A stretch of 64,000 nucleotides of DNA from positions 1 through 64,000 of the forward strand of contig JAHLWZ010000022.1 of assembly GCA_020536535.1 (NCBI GenBank), in the 5' to 3' direction. The notes below the pieces were generated by a model. The model had not been told where the DNA came from, did not search any database, and worked only from the letters and a program-made list of their open reading frames with translations. Shown in pieces: positions 13,690-25,933 of the stretch (positions are counted from its first letter, which is position 1; every line of letters begins with the position of its first letter). The stretch comes from Pelomyxa schiedti. Lineage: Eukaryota; Protista; Evosea. Both the position numbers and the translations under genes were made by a program.

Positions 13690-14900
13690 CCCACACCAAC
13701 AATAGCAAGTCATACACGTCGGATGCCTTGGTGTATGCAAGAGATGTAAAGACCTCTGGAGACATATATCGCACTTAAAATGTGTATTGGTGGGTGGGTA
13801 ACTTTTGAATGTACTTACAAGTGCCCATTAGAAATCCAGAGTGGTTTGTTTTATGCTGCCCTGGTTTGAGGAATGCACTGAAGCCAAAGTTGCCCATCTT
13901 GAGTTATCGTAAGTGAGGAACACTAGGAAAAAGAAGCAAACTTTTACTGTCCATGCGCCGTCAATGAGGAAGTTATCTGCTTTTATATCGCTGTTGTTCG
14001 GAAAGGGAACAACAGAGTTAAAAAATAAAACCAGAGGAAAAAGGGGAGGTAAAGAAAAGAGCACCAGTGAATCATATTGACATGATCGCGGAGATACACC
14101 ATAGAGGAGACAAAAGCAGATTTATCAGTTGGAACGGCGCTTAATAACAGTCACAGCTAAAGTGGAGTGATACTGGGGCTTATGTGTCCTTGATTTTCCA
14201 AAAGCGTGTATGTATGCAGCTGGAGGTGAAAGGGTTGTACAAACTGACACATAACACACATAAAACGGATTTGACGTTCGAAATTGAGTTCTGGTAGGGG
14301 GTGATTTCATGTTGCGGGTATCTTGTGGTTTTCGGAAATGGAGGACCTAAGGTAATGTTAATGTTGTTTTCCAGAAGAGGGGAAAACCTATAAAGAGGAA
14401 GTCGAAGTGGGTGCACTAAATTACAGCCACAGAACAGTAATTTCAGTGGCCAAAGCAATGATGGAGTTGACTTGACCCCAGCTGCTTCATTTCTGGTTTC
14501 TTGCCTCTCGAACAAAATCTCTGTGTAGAGCACGTAAGACGGATTTCTTTCTACTTACTGGTCGAGTGGGGAAGAAGAAAGGAAAAATTACAACCGTAAC
14601 TTAAGGCACTCGTCATGATGCAACACACAGTTCCACACCCTTGTCGTCTTTGTGGTCAGTGATAGGGGTATTCTAGAAGGTGGTGACACCTGCCAGTTTG
14701 GATACAAAATAGAATGACCACTCACAGCAACCAGAGAGGAATTTGTGGGATTGTATTCTTAAAGAACACACCCATAATCGTGTGGATTACCCCCCTCGCC
14801 ACGAGCATACAACACACCAACGCCGCAATGCACCAGCAACCAGCACGGGGAAATACCACGGCCCCACGGTAACACACACCAATAAAAAGCAACGCCAGGT
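13690..14900 (-). pseudogene. Degenerate TKL-type protein kinase fragment
   Basis: Spliced remnants MVYLRDHVNMIHCDIKADNFLIDGAWTVK-MGNFGFS-YMSPEVFTSLAYTKASDVY; NFG replaces DFG, apparent frameshift after DVY, stops in the N-lobe region. Confidence 0.6.
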
Positions 14901-14932
14901 AAAAAAAACCGCGAAGGAGAGAGTTCGTACCA

Positions 14933-15421
14933 ACAATTGGCGAAATAAAAAAAACACCAGACCGCCGATCCTGAGCGACGATAAGGAAAATGACAGCGTT
15001 CCGGTCTGTTGATTATTTTATTCAGCCAATAGGCTGAATAAAAAAACACCAGACTGGGCGATGACACGAAAACGACAGCGTTCCGGTTTTATCCATCCCG
15101 CTCTAACGGTTAGAAACAAGCAAGATGAATAATGTTTTTTCTATTCGACTTTGGCCACAATTAAACAATTTTGGTTCGGCTTAAGAGCGCGCGACTTTTC
15201 TCGTGCGGTGGTGCGGTGTTCTGCGGCTAACGTCGTTCGGCGACGCCGTCGTGGATTTCGCTGCTGTCTCGGCGCGATCCTTGATGTCGGTGCCTACGTG
15301 ATCAATCTGTGGATTCCATTCTCGCGCATTAGCTTCGCGGCCATCATGTTGATCATCTAAAGTTCTATTTCTATCCATACCGCTAACACCGGTCTGTTGA
15401 TTATTTTATTCAGCCAATTGT
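14933..15421. mobile_element. MITE-like non-autonomous element with ~31-bp imperfect terminal inverted repeats
   Basis: Left ACAATTGGCGAAATAAAAAAAACACCAGACCG vs right (reverse complement) ACAATTGGCTGAATAAAATAATCAACAGACCG; internal head-to-head copy of both ends at 15001-15058; no TSD seen. Confidence 0.5.
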
Positions 15422-15752
15422 GTCGGGGGCCTTGATGGCTGCGCCAAACAACTTATGTGAGTTGGGTTTGTGTTGCTTCTTCTTTTATTAGGGCAGGTTA
15501 TTCTTCATTAAGGTTGTGGGTTTAAGTGGGTTGGAGTTTAAGTGAATTGTTTGGTTGGATATTATGAGTTCACCCGTTAATGAAGGTCAGGAGGATGAGA
15601 ACCTCTTGAGGGAGGGAACGCTCCTTGGTAACAGGCTGTCCTCTCTGCCAGCAAAGTCAACCACTTAATTACGCTATGTGAGACTGGAAAAAAGGAAAAA
15701 GAAGTGACATACCAGTGCCACAAATTCGGAAGTGGAGGCTGGGGCCAGTACA

Positions 15753-18700
15753 ACAGGGTGAATGCGGAAAAAAAGAAGGACCTCTAGAGATAGGGACAAT
15801 AACGGAAACGCACTGCTGTGTTCTCTCTGGTTCTTATTCTGTGGTCTGTGTTGGTGTTAGAAGAAAAAGCAAAGGCAAAAACGTTCTAGAACGAAAACAG
15901 AATAACGCAAAGTCAATAAAGGAAAATTAAAACAAAAATAAAGAATTAAAATTTAAATAAAAAAACACTCTTCGATACAAATCGTTTAACAACTGAAACC
16001 TAGAGGGATTGAGACAAAACACAATAAAAAAACAATACAAAAAAAATTCCCCACCACTGTTGCCAATCTGTGCACAACACCCTCACCAAGCGTCGTAGCA
16101 GTTTGTTCTTGTAGTAGGCCTCTGTTTGGGGCAGGCGCGGCTCACCACGTCACCAGACCCCCCACCATGGTGTCACACAAACTATGTTGAGACACCCCCG
16201 TGCGTGTCTAAGCACCCGTACATGTTCAGTAACCCCTTTTGTCGGCGAACCGATGTACGAGTGTTCCGTTGGTGGTGTCCCGTTTCAAAAGCACACAAAA
16301 AAAATTTGCCCGCCTTCGGCGCATGTGTTACACACAAATTAACCGCGGTCAACAGCCAACACGACAACTATGGCCGCGGAGTCTCCATGGCAGGTCATAG
16401 GGAAGTGAACCGTGCACCGTGTTGTCCGTCGTCTCTTGGTAGGAATGGGGGCAGTCATTAGACGAAGAGGACACAGTGATACCACTTTGTACTTTCTCGC
16501 TGGGGACATGGAACCCTCTGTGTGAATCGTTCTGGCTCGAACTGCCAAACAACTGAAAACAAATATTGAAATGAGTGAATATTGAGAAGAGGCTTGTTGA
16601 AGTTTCCCGTGCCAATGACGTGAGTATGAGTGCTCATAAACACTTTCAGAGGGCGGCACACTGTGAGTGAAGTGCCATCCTGCTAAGAAGAGCAAGCAAC
16701 GACCTTCCGTAAGAAGCAGGGTCAAGATGCTTGTTAGTTCAATACCGTCCTTGCTGTGGTACGGGGGATATTCTGCATGCCTCTGGCCACGATTTTTTAT
16801 CGGAAATCAATCAAGGATGTCATCAACTTAAAAGCTCAACTGGGACGGAGAGTCCCATTTCCCTTGATGTACTATCTGGCATGATAGGTTCATATGCTGG
16901 AGTGTGAAATACTAAATCCACAGAGTCGAAAGCACCAAAATCCGACTGCAAAATACCAAAACTTTCAACCCTTTAGCCGGCCGAGATGAACGCCTTTCAA
17001 CAAGTTGATGGTTCCCACTCCCTCTCTCACAAACGAAAACAAGTTATTAACGCGTTGTTAATAAAATTGCGTAATTACATACGCACCAGCGCCCCGCTAA
17101 TTTAGTACATAGAGACAACCTAAATCCCTAGTGATCCTCTAACTTTTTCACACAAAAAGACCCAGACGATCCAATTCAAAAGGATATAATATCGCTTTTA
17201 GCATCTGAACGTTTTACACCTACAACTGACTACCGTGGCACGTTAGTTGTAGATTCTACTGGTCTACCACATCATCTGTATTGTCATGGACCTCCCAGCC
17301 TTCCCAGGGACTTATCATACCTGAGGAAAACTGCAATCCGCTGGGTAAATGGATATCATGCTTTTGGGTTCGCCTTAATCATCGTTCTACCTGGTGGATA
17401 TGAGGATTTCGAGTACTCATGGGAATGGAATGTAAAGGCCACAGTGCAAGCTCAGAAACACGCTTACGCAAAACAGTTCCTGCAACAAGGTATGTTGCAT
17501 ACAATGTCACCAGCCAAATGATGTCCTTAATTGGCACTGACGCAAACCTAATCTTCTTTCTCTAAATATCCGGTTAACACCTCAACAGTTGAATCAACGA
17601 GCAGTAGTAGGTGCACGCACTGTAATATCGCCCACTCTCGGACGGTACTTCCCCCGACTCTCCATGTTCTCTACGAAGTTTTTCATGAAGCGGGTCTGCA
17701 GGTATCAACGCCTTCATGGCGGGAGATGTTGATCTAATATCCATAAGGTTCATTTTGCTTCCAGACTGGCAAGTCAAGAAGCAGCAGGCAGATGCTCAGA
17801 AAGAGGGAGCTATGGAGTGGTGTCAGGCAACATTATCCCATTATTTTCCCCCTCTGTTAAAAGATGGGTGAATATGGCCACAGTGCAGCAGAAAGGGGGA
17901 ATTCTTGAATTTCAGTCTATTTCTCAGTTTGCTTTCCTCTTACATTATGCTTAGTCTCACAAATGAAAAGGTCTGCAGTTTGTGAAAAATTGAATCTTCA
18001 CCCTGAGAAGTTGCCCCTCTTGGGCCTTCTTGAAGGGGATGGTTCTTATAAACCGTATAGCCCAGCCTTGGTAGGACTGCGCAATATTATAAAAACAACT
18101 CTGTAAAGTAATTTACTGGATTTCATTGAGAAGTTTGAAGAGCATCGGTCTCATCCATCACTTCAAAAACTTTTGGAGGGAATCGATACCACCATACTTA
18201 AGCATTCTCCAATCACACCAAGTGCCTGTCGGGCAAAATACAAGCCAACGCAGCATATATTGCCTTTGGTGGAACGCGTATTTGTAGAAGACAATGCCCC
18301 GCCTTTACTGATGAATTTGCTCTCTGGTCATGTTTACAATGTCCCTCTGTTTGAGGTGCTACAGAAACCTCTATCACCCCCTTCATCACTTGCAGTTCCA
18401 TCTCTTCCAGGCAAAACACCCAGGCTGCCAATTCTTTCACCACTCTGTGTTGATGGCGTTGGTGGCACATCACCAAAACCAACAGTCACAGTCCATCCAG
18501 TAGGGCCAACCAGTACAACAGTGTTCACAGCTCCGTCCACGTCTTCAACAATGAGGCCAATGCCTCCAACACCCGTTTTCCCTGCCATTGGCCAGACACG
18601 CCTCCACGAATTGGTTGCAAGCCTTCTTAAAATATCTGATGAGCAGAAGATTAGTGAGCATTTCTTGGATCGTGATGGTATGTTTTCACTTGCCGTGACG

Positions 18701-19779
18701 CACTAAGTATTCACAATGAAAGTAGGCTATCATCGGACAAAAGATCTACATGTGGCGGCAGTGCCCGAGATTCGGGGATGGAATCAGTTACTCCATCAAA
18801 TTGGACTAGATTCCTCAGTTGGCTTGATTACTAACCTGCTTCAGATGCCGGCTGGCCGAAACGTCGCCATGGCACTTATAGCAATAAAACTTCTTGGTAA
18901 TAGCATTACCTCCTGCTCGGCGCAATGCCTTTTGGGTTGTGTTTTCGCGGCTGCATATTGACACAGAGTACCGTCTATCAGACACTTCTTTGCCCAGTTC
19001 ATATTCAGGATGCTGACCGTTTCCTTTACATTCTGAGAGAATTACAGGCCGCAATATGGCTGCTTTCTGAGTCTCTTGGTGCCCTTTCAGTCTCTTTGAC
19101 ACGTTTCATGCCGCCACCTTTCATGAAATGTGCTATGTTGGGCACTATAAGTATCCCAAACCATACCCCAAGTCCCATTTCATACAAGCTTTGAATCTCG
19201 CCCACAATGTACTGCGAAACTCTTGTATTGATGGCTGTCAGGCATTTTTAGGTAAAGAGCTCCCTGAGGAGGAGTTAGGTCCCATGACTTCAGTCATACA
19301 ATCCCCGTTGCCTTCAACATCAAATGTTCAACCAAATGAGGCCAGTAACGCTGTTCCACAAGTGCCTATTTTGTCGGCAACCATAGCTCATGCGAGTGAA
19401 TCCACCCAGGTTCTCAATTCCGCAAGTCTTGACAAGATACTATTGAACATGTTACCAGTAACATCGCAAATCGTTTCTAATTTGTCTTACCTTCAGAAGA
19501 GAGGCGCCAGGTACCGTTGCACTGTAAAACACTTACCGTTGGTTTCCTCAGGTACACCCTGACGTCGTTCTATTACGAGCCAAATCCCAAATACACAAAG
19601 GCTGTCCTTCAACACCAAGCCTACAAATTCGTCTCCTTGGCAAAGGAGTCCTATGCCTAAGACACCAAAAAAACAAAAAAAAAAATAACGATGAGGCCAC
19701 AATCCGCATTTGCTTCTTCACCTAGGTTACTGTTTTGCCGCAAAAGCGTAAGTAAGACAGTTACCCGCATTCACCCTGT
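15753..19779. mobile_element. Putative ~4-kb element bounded by a perfect 15-bp inverted repeat
   Basis: ACAGGGTGAATGCGG at 15753-15767 and CCGCATTCACCCTGT at 19765-19779; AT-rich left subterminus; encloses an orphan gene; no TSD or recognisable transposase. Confidence 0.4.
16986..19660 (+). CDS. Orphan multi-exon protein of unknown function (possibly partly degenerate)
   Basis: ATG 16986; long open frames 17157-17489 and 18173-18706; canonical intron 19511-19551 leads to ...FVSLAKESYA* (TAA 19658-19660); splicing around 17490-17700 could not be resolved cleanly. Confidence 0.5.
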
Positions 19780-19791
19780 GCCCTTGGGCGT

Positions 19792-19862
19792 GCCCGCTTA
19801 GTCCGGCGGTAGTGTGACGGAATTTTATGCGGGCGACCTCGGTTCGAAGCCGAGAGCGGGCA
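19792..19862 (+). tRNA. tRNA-like element / tRNA pseudogene (isotype unassignable)
   Basis: Perfect acceptor stem GCCCGCT/AGCGGGC plus discriminator A, perfect T-arm CTCGG-TTCGAAG-CCGAG, A-box-like TAGTCCGGCGG, 71 nt, T-run at 19896; anticodon stem does not pair. Confidence 0.6.
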
Positions 19863-20549
19863 TTGTCCTCCTTCCCCCTTCCCTCCCCCCCCCCCTTTTT
19901 TGTTTTTTGTGCTGAGCTGCTGTGGGGCGGGGTCAAGGGTGTGGTGTGTTTCTTCCCCACAAAAAAAAAAAGTGTGCTGCACACTTTTTTTTTTTGTGGT
20001 TTCCTTTTTATTTATTGCTAGTAGCAAAGTGATCTAAAATTTTCGGTTGTACAGCTTCCCCCCTGTTCTTATGTTACCCCACAGATACTACTTCCCTACC
20101 TTCTACCTTTTTTTCCCCTTCTTTTCCCTTTCTCCATGTAGACATAGTTTTTTGCCAGACACAATGAGAGAGTGCACGGGTTGTAGTAATTCTGTGTTGT
20201 TTTGTGTTTGCTGTATGAGGCCAAGCGGGCCTATGGCATTATGGGAGGCCAGCTGTGAAACGAGGACCATGGCCGCTGTCTTGCTGTCGTTGTAAGACCG
20301 CGTTGCCAACGAAATAGCTTGCCTATGCTCTGCCGTCCACGCACTCATGTCGATTTGTGGGTTCTAACAACGAATTTTCTGCTTTTTAGACCGGTGCATC
20401 GATCTGAGTGGACGTTGATGGCTCGAGTCCTGGGGTCTTACGTAGCTTATGGCACAGGGACCCCCAAGTTGGGGTTGTTCGTCTGATCAACAAATATCAG
20501 ACGCCAAAAAAGTGAGTGACATTTTTGTTTTTCCCATAACCAACATAAA

Positions 20550-21959
20550 TCACTCCACAAGACCAGAACCCTGTATGGCATCATAATAGAACAGTTTTCC
20601 TAGTGGAGGGTCTCCAGAGCCAGATATCACTTTTATTAGCTCTTGTGCCACTACTCCACCAATGACTGCACATACAGGTGCAAAATCCACCATGGAACCA
20701 AGAACCATGTTTCTGAAATGATGTCTCAGTGTTAAAAGAGGCAGGAGGTGTATACTTGAGTAACATTTCATCACCAATGGGCGTTGGGGATAGTGTCTTG
20801 CATTCTTCAATGTGAGCCATAGTTGAGGGGAAAGCGTTATGTTTGCTGCAAAAAGTGAAAATGCCTGAAAAATGTGAAGTAACCCAAAATGAGAAGAAAA
20901 AAAGGAAAGCTTACTTTGTAGAATTTTGTGCATGGCTGGAGTACGTCGTGTGTGTTGGGGAGGTTGTGTGAGAGTGCCCCTCATTCCTAAGAAATCGATG
21001 GTAACCGCAGTTGGTTCAATGGCAACAACCACTTTGGTTTTTTTCCTTGGAATCACAGTCCCAGGGCCTGAAACCTGACCTGTTTCAGGTGGCTTGCTTT
21101 TTGTTTGTTGGTTTATTTTGTGGGTTGTGTGGTGGAAATCTTGGTGACTTACCATAAGTAGGTGTATTTCATAAGGTCACAGAAGAAAAACCCTTGAAAT
21201 TTGTAAATTTGTACAGCAATGAAAGGAACTTTGGCCAGCCTGCATTCGTCATCGAGTCGGGCCTTTGCATCAAGTCACATTGATAACACAAATATGGCAC
21301 ATACAAAAACGGGTAGAGGCAGACCTGTTGCACACACGAAGTGGAACTTTCGCAAATGATCGGCCGTAAGTGAAGCAGGGTTGATATCCAAAACATTCAC
21401 TTCCACCAACGGGTTCAAGGCTTTGATTCCAGGAAGTGCAGCCATTGCCCTCTTTTCTCATGAAAAAGGTTTGTTTTTGTTTTTTTTAAAAATAAGTAAT
21501 AACAAAAAAGCAATGCAAAAACCCCAAGGCACTTTTCGAAAAATACGAACAATCAACAACATAAAAACCCACCCCATAAGTAAAAAAAAACGCAAAGCAA
21601 ACAAAACCAATCCCGCATTCCAATTTAATCCACGCACAACAAGCAACCTTGGCCCCAGAGGAGCAGTCAGCCTCCGTCAAAAAGAAATTCGCAGCGAGAT
21701 CGCCGGCGCCCGCGACGGCGTCGTCCACGACGGTCACTGAGCGCACGCCCGCCAGCGCCACGTTCTTGACGATCTCGGCGCCGACCCCCGACAGCCCGAT
21801 CACCGCCACGTCCGCCCCGCGCATCCGACGCTGCGCGTCCATGCCCCACACGCGTATCCCTCGGTCGTACAGCTCCGCTTCGAACGCTGTCAGCTGCTGC
21901 TGCGGTCGGTCAGACGACGACGGCGCCGCCGCGGTGCTGCTGGTGCTGGTGGTGGCCAT
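20550..21959 (-). CDS. SAE1: SUMO-activating enzyme subunit 1 (ThiF/E1 family)
   Basis: EAELYDRGIRVWGMDAQRRM...IGLSGVGAEIVKNVALAGV; C-terminal FAPVCAVIGGVVAQELIKVIS. Confidence 0.88.
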
Positions 21960-22140
21960 GACAAATGAACAGATCTGATGGTGTTTTGGGTTGCTCTCTT
22001 GCTTCTATTTTGTAGAGGAGTAAAACGAGACACACACTATTGGCCCTCCCTAAGCTTCCTACTGCCGGGGGAGCTGATATGCAGAACTGAAGAACACATT
22101 GACTGTGTTCAACAGTGTTCAAGGTTTTTTCTTGAATCCG

Positions 22141-23160
22141 ATGATCGTACCTTCGTCTATGCTGGTGGACAGCCACTGCCACGTTAACAGGCTGGGAGTC
22201 GGTGGCAGCAGGGCGGTGGCCGATGCGTTGGCTGCCGGCGTCGCTCGAGTTGGTGGCGTTGCCCAATCTGAGGCGGACTGGGAACCCCTGCTGGCACTGA
22301 GGTCCCAGTTCCCCACCAACTTGGACGTTGGTGTGGGCTACCACCCCAGCCCTGGTGCGCACCATTCATTCCCACCCACAATTTACTGGCACCGACATTG
22401 ATCGACGGTGTTTTTCTCATGCACCCACAGAGGAAGAGCCGATGTTTTTCGAACGTTGCTCGGTGAGTGACGCTGCTTCCAGGCTGCGGGAGTTCATTCA
22501 GACCCATAATGGCCCAAACAGCCACCCCGGGGCCCGACCCATATCCATGGTCGGCGAGATCGGCCTGGACTGGAAATTCGGCCGCACACCTGCACAGCGG
22601 CAAAAACAGACCGCCCTGCTTCGCGAACAGATCCAGGTCGCGATGGAATTCTCCCTTCCCATAAATCTGCACTCCCGAAGGTCTGAGAGGGACGTTCTGG
22701 CAGTAGCCACTGAGTTTGCTCCCCGCGTTCCGTGCCTATTGCATTGGTTCACAAAGACATCAAAGTGATCGGTTCTTCTTCTATTCCACGCCTCCTAGTG
22801 CTGCCATTCGTTCTTCTAAATCGCCCTAGGTTGTCTCTGGCTGCAGCCCGTGCTGGTGTGTACATATCAATAGGGCCTGACGTTACCTACGATGAGAAGA
22901 TACAGTCTGTTGTTCGCGGCATTTCTGGCGGCGGGGAGGCTGTTCTGAGGCACATACTTTTGGAAACTGATGGTCCCGTTGTGCACCAAGGGCAGGAAGC
23001 TCAACCAGCGTGGATCCCCCGTGTGTGCTCCAGTGTTGCCGCTATATTTGGCATTTCTGTCGATGACTTGTCATTGGCTGTCAACAAGAACTACATCTCC
23101 TTCTTAGGTACATTCCTTGCCATATTATTTTCAATAAGAACCACTGTAACAGGTTACTGA
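22141..23160 (+). CDS. TatD-family DNase
   Basis: DSHCH, VGYHP, VGEIGLD, PINLHSR, LLHWF, ILLETDGP. Confidence 0.92.
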
Positions 23161-23223
23161 ACAATGAAGAAGCTCCACGGTTTTTTTGGGGAAAAAAAAA
23201 ACCACTTGCTTTGTTTTTTGTCA

Positions 23224-25729
23224 TTAGGTTAGAGTAAACATTGCCATTGCCTTTTCAAACTCATTGGGTGGTTTGGTAGATGGTTTTTGTGTGTTTCTGG
23301 GTTTTTTAGGTTTGGGGGCTGTGGTTGTTGTGGTTTGTTTGGATTCTGGTTTGCCTGGTCTTTTACTGGATTTAGTGGGTGCTTTGATGGAGGGAGTCGG
23401 AACAGTTTTGGTGGTAGGGGGCTTTGATTTGGGGGGAGCTGTTTTTTGAGTGGTATCTGCATGTGCGCTTGAGTTGTGCTTGGGGTTTGTCTGGGTGTTT
23501 TGTTGTGTTAGGGGAGTTCGTGGCTTGGGCTTTTTCCAAGCAGGAACTTTGTTTGGCTGGAAGAGGGCAGGGTTTTCTGAGCCCTGTTGCGATTTGTGAA
23601 TTGCCTTGTTATCTTCTTCCATGGTTCCTGTCTTACTTAAATCTCCAAGGTGGCACTTGTCATTTAAGAAGTCCAGAACTTTCGTGGAGCTGCGGTTCGA
23701 GTTTGTAAGGAAGCTAGGGAGGGATGATGGATCAACAAGAAATAGTGGCGGCGGTGTAGATAAAGTAACAAAAGTACCTAGGGTTGTTGATTGGAAAATT
23801 AATGGAGAAAGTCCATACCGAAGTACTGTGCATCCAAGTCCTCAGGAAGAGCCAGAGAGTGGACGTCACCAGTGTGATGAGACACACCCAAAGGGCACGG
23901 TGACCATGATTGACATTTCTCCCATTTGTAGTTTTGGTTGACAAACTGTGAGAGGGGCCCCATGGCACCACTTGAATGTAATAAAGTTTCTTCCGGGGTG
24001 GGAGTAGATGTTGGTGCATTGTCAGCTACCTCCTGGGGTGATTGAATCGAATAACTTTTATCAGAGTGATTTCTTTCCCTGGGGTCACATGGAACTTTTT
24101 CTGGAGTAGGAGGTGGCACATCAATTGGAGTACTGCCAGTAATCAAATGTTCAAGAGTTTCCAGAGAAAAGTCTGTGGGAGCTTGTAACATGAAAACCGG
24201 TTTCGTGTGGGGTTCTGCTGCCTTCTTTACCACTGAGTGTGGTAAATAGTTTGCTACTTCTGCCACAAGTAAAGTTGCCCTGCCAGAAAAATAAAAACTA
24301 AAATACACGGCATTTCAAAGGAAACCATTCAGATGGGTTGTTATTGCACTGCAATAAAGTGCATTCCAGAGATTCTGAAACAAGATCACCACTTCCTGCA
24401 ATGCGGTGGTTCTGCAGCCAATTCAGAATCTTGGAGAACCAAAGAAGAAGTAATGAAGGTTCATGCTGAAAGCAACATTAATAGACACGGAGATTGAGCA
24501 GGAAGTACTTGGGAAGGTGATTTGCGGAAAAGTCTTGTCAAACGATCAGCCAGTATGACCAACATCGTTGAGGCAAATTGATTTGAGCGAGATGAGAGCG
24601 TATGAAGTGCTGGAAACCACATGTATTCCAAGAGGGGGGGGATCTGCTTCCACCTGGTGTCCTCCTTCCTAAAGATGCATCAAATAAAGTTCCACTATGG
24701 TGTCTTGTAGGAGTTGTGAAGATACGTCTTTGGAATCAAAAAGCCATCTTCAACAAAGGAAGGACACAAGTGTTCTCGCAGAATATCTGGGGCACTGAGC
24801 ATGGATCCAAGTGATGTTAGAATATCCAACTTTTGCTTCACAGAGGGATCAGCTGCAAAACAACAGTTCAAGTCAACTTGGATGAGCAACGATTATGAGT
24901 AAAATAAGGGAAATACTTGGAGAGAGTGAAGTCGCTTCCGAAAAGAAACCCAGGGAACGTATTCCTGTGCGATATCTCTCTAGAACACCAATTATAGTTG
25001 ATCTGGTATCGACTGGTGACTGGGTTATCCAATATTGTCTGTAGAGCCATTCTAGTGCCTAAATGTGATTTAGGGGCTGATGTCAAGACAATGATGTACC
25101 AAATGGGATGCTAGGACCAAGAAATGCAGAGGTGGAAGCATTTGATGAGTGACCTGGTTAAGTGCTTCACATTCAGTTGAATGACAAGACACAATTTACT
25201 TGATGACGTATGTTCACGAGTGAGTATGGAAGTCCAATCTCAGCAGCAAGTCGAACAATGGGAACCTGGGCGCCACCATAAAGTGGTTCTATGAGACCAT
25301 TGACGAGTCTGACAAGGGCCAGCCCACGTGCTTCTTGTTCCATTCTTTCACTTATTCTCCCCCTTTAGTGTACATTTAGTTCATGACGGCTGCGAGCAAT
25401 GAGAAACAAAGGCACGTTTGGTTGTCCATGTCAATTAGAGTCGCCGTGGAATCAATGGTGACTGGCAAATGAGCTCTCGTTTGCCAAGCTAAGACCTTCC
25501 CAATATTACACCAAAGAAAGAGACCAGCAGCAGGGAGGAAAAAAAAGCCAAAGGAGTGAAAGGTTACCCTCTTTACTGCCAAAGAAGAGATGCGTGGATC
25601 TCGAGAAAAAAGAGCATCTCTGACTTCTTCCCACTCACGCCACGACGTCCATGGCACCCTTCTACCAGTTCGATTTGTTTCTGATTGTTCTGCGGGTTGC
25701 TTGTTACTCGAGGGAGCCGAGTCTGACAT
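23224..25729 (-). CDS. LAS1: Las1-like HEPN endoribonuclease (pre-rRNA ITS2 processing) with long C-terminal region
   Basis: VPWTSWREWEEV, AWQTRAHLPVTIDSTA, ALVRLVNGL, spliced HEPN motif IRHQ|VTH (~25220-25145); assignment of the Lys/Pro-rich last exon is less certain. Confidence 0.8.
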
Positions 25730-25933
25730 ATTAATTACCCGGCAGTGCAACTGTAGGGATGTTGCCTACCCTTTTGTTTTTTTTTTCGGTGTGCTTCAAA
25801 GCTGTCCTATTTGCCTGATTGCTTCTAGAAACGAGATCTTTCGTGAAAAACAGACAAAAAAAAAAGCCACACAAATCAAAAACAATCTCAGTGCTTTGAC
25901 GTCCACGTCACTCGCGGGACCAACGACCAAGAC

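Noticed and set aside
20211-20265. Hammerhead-like CTGTATGAG...GAAAC
   Set aside because: The core deviates from CTGANGA and the stems do not close correctly
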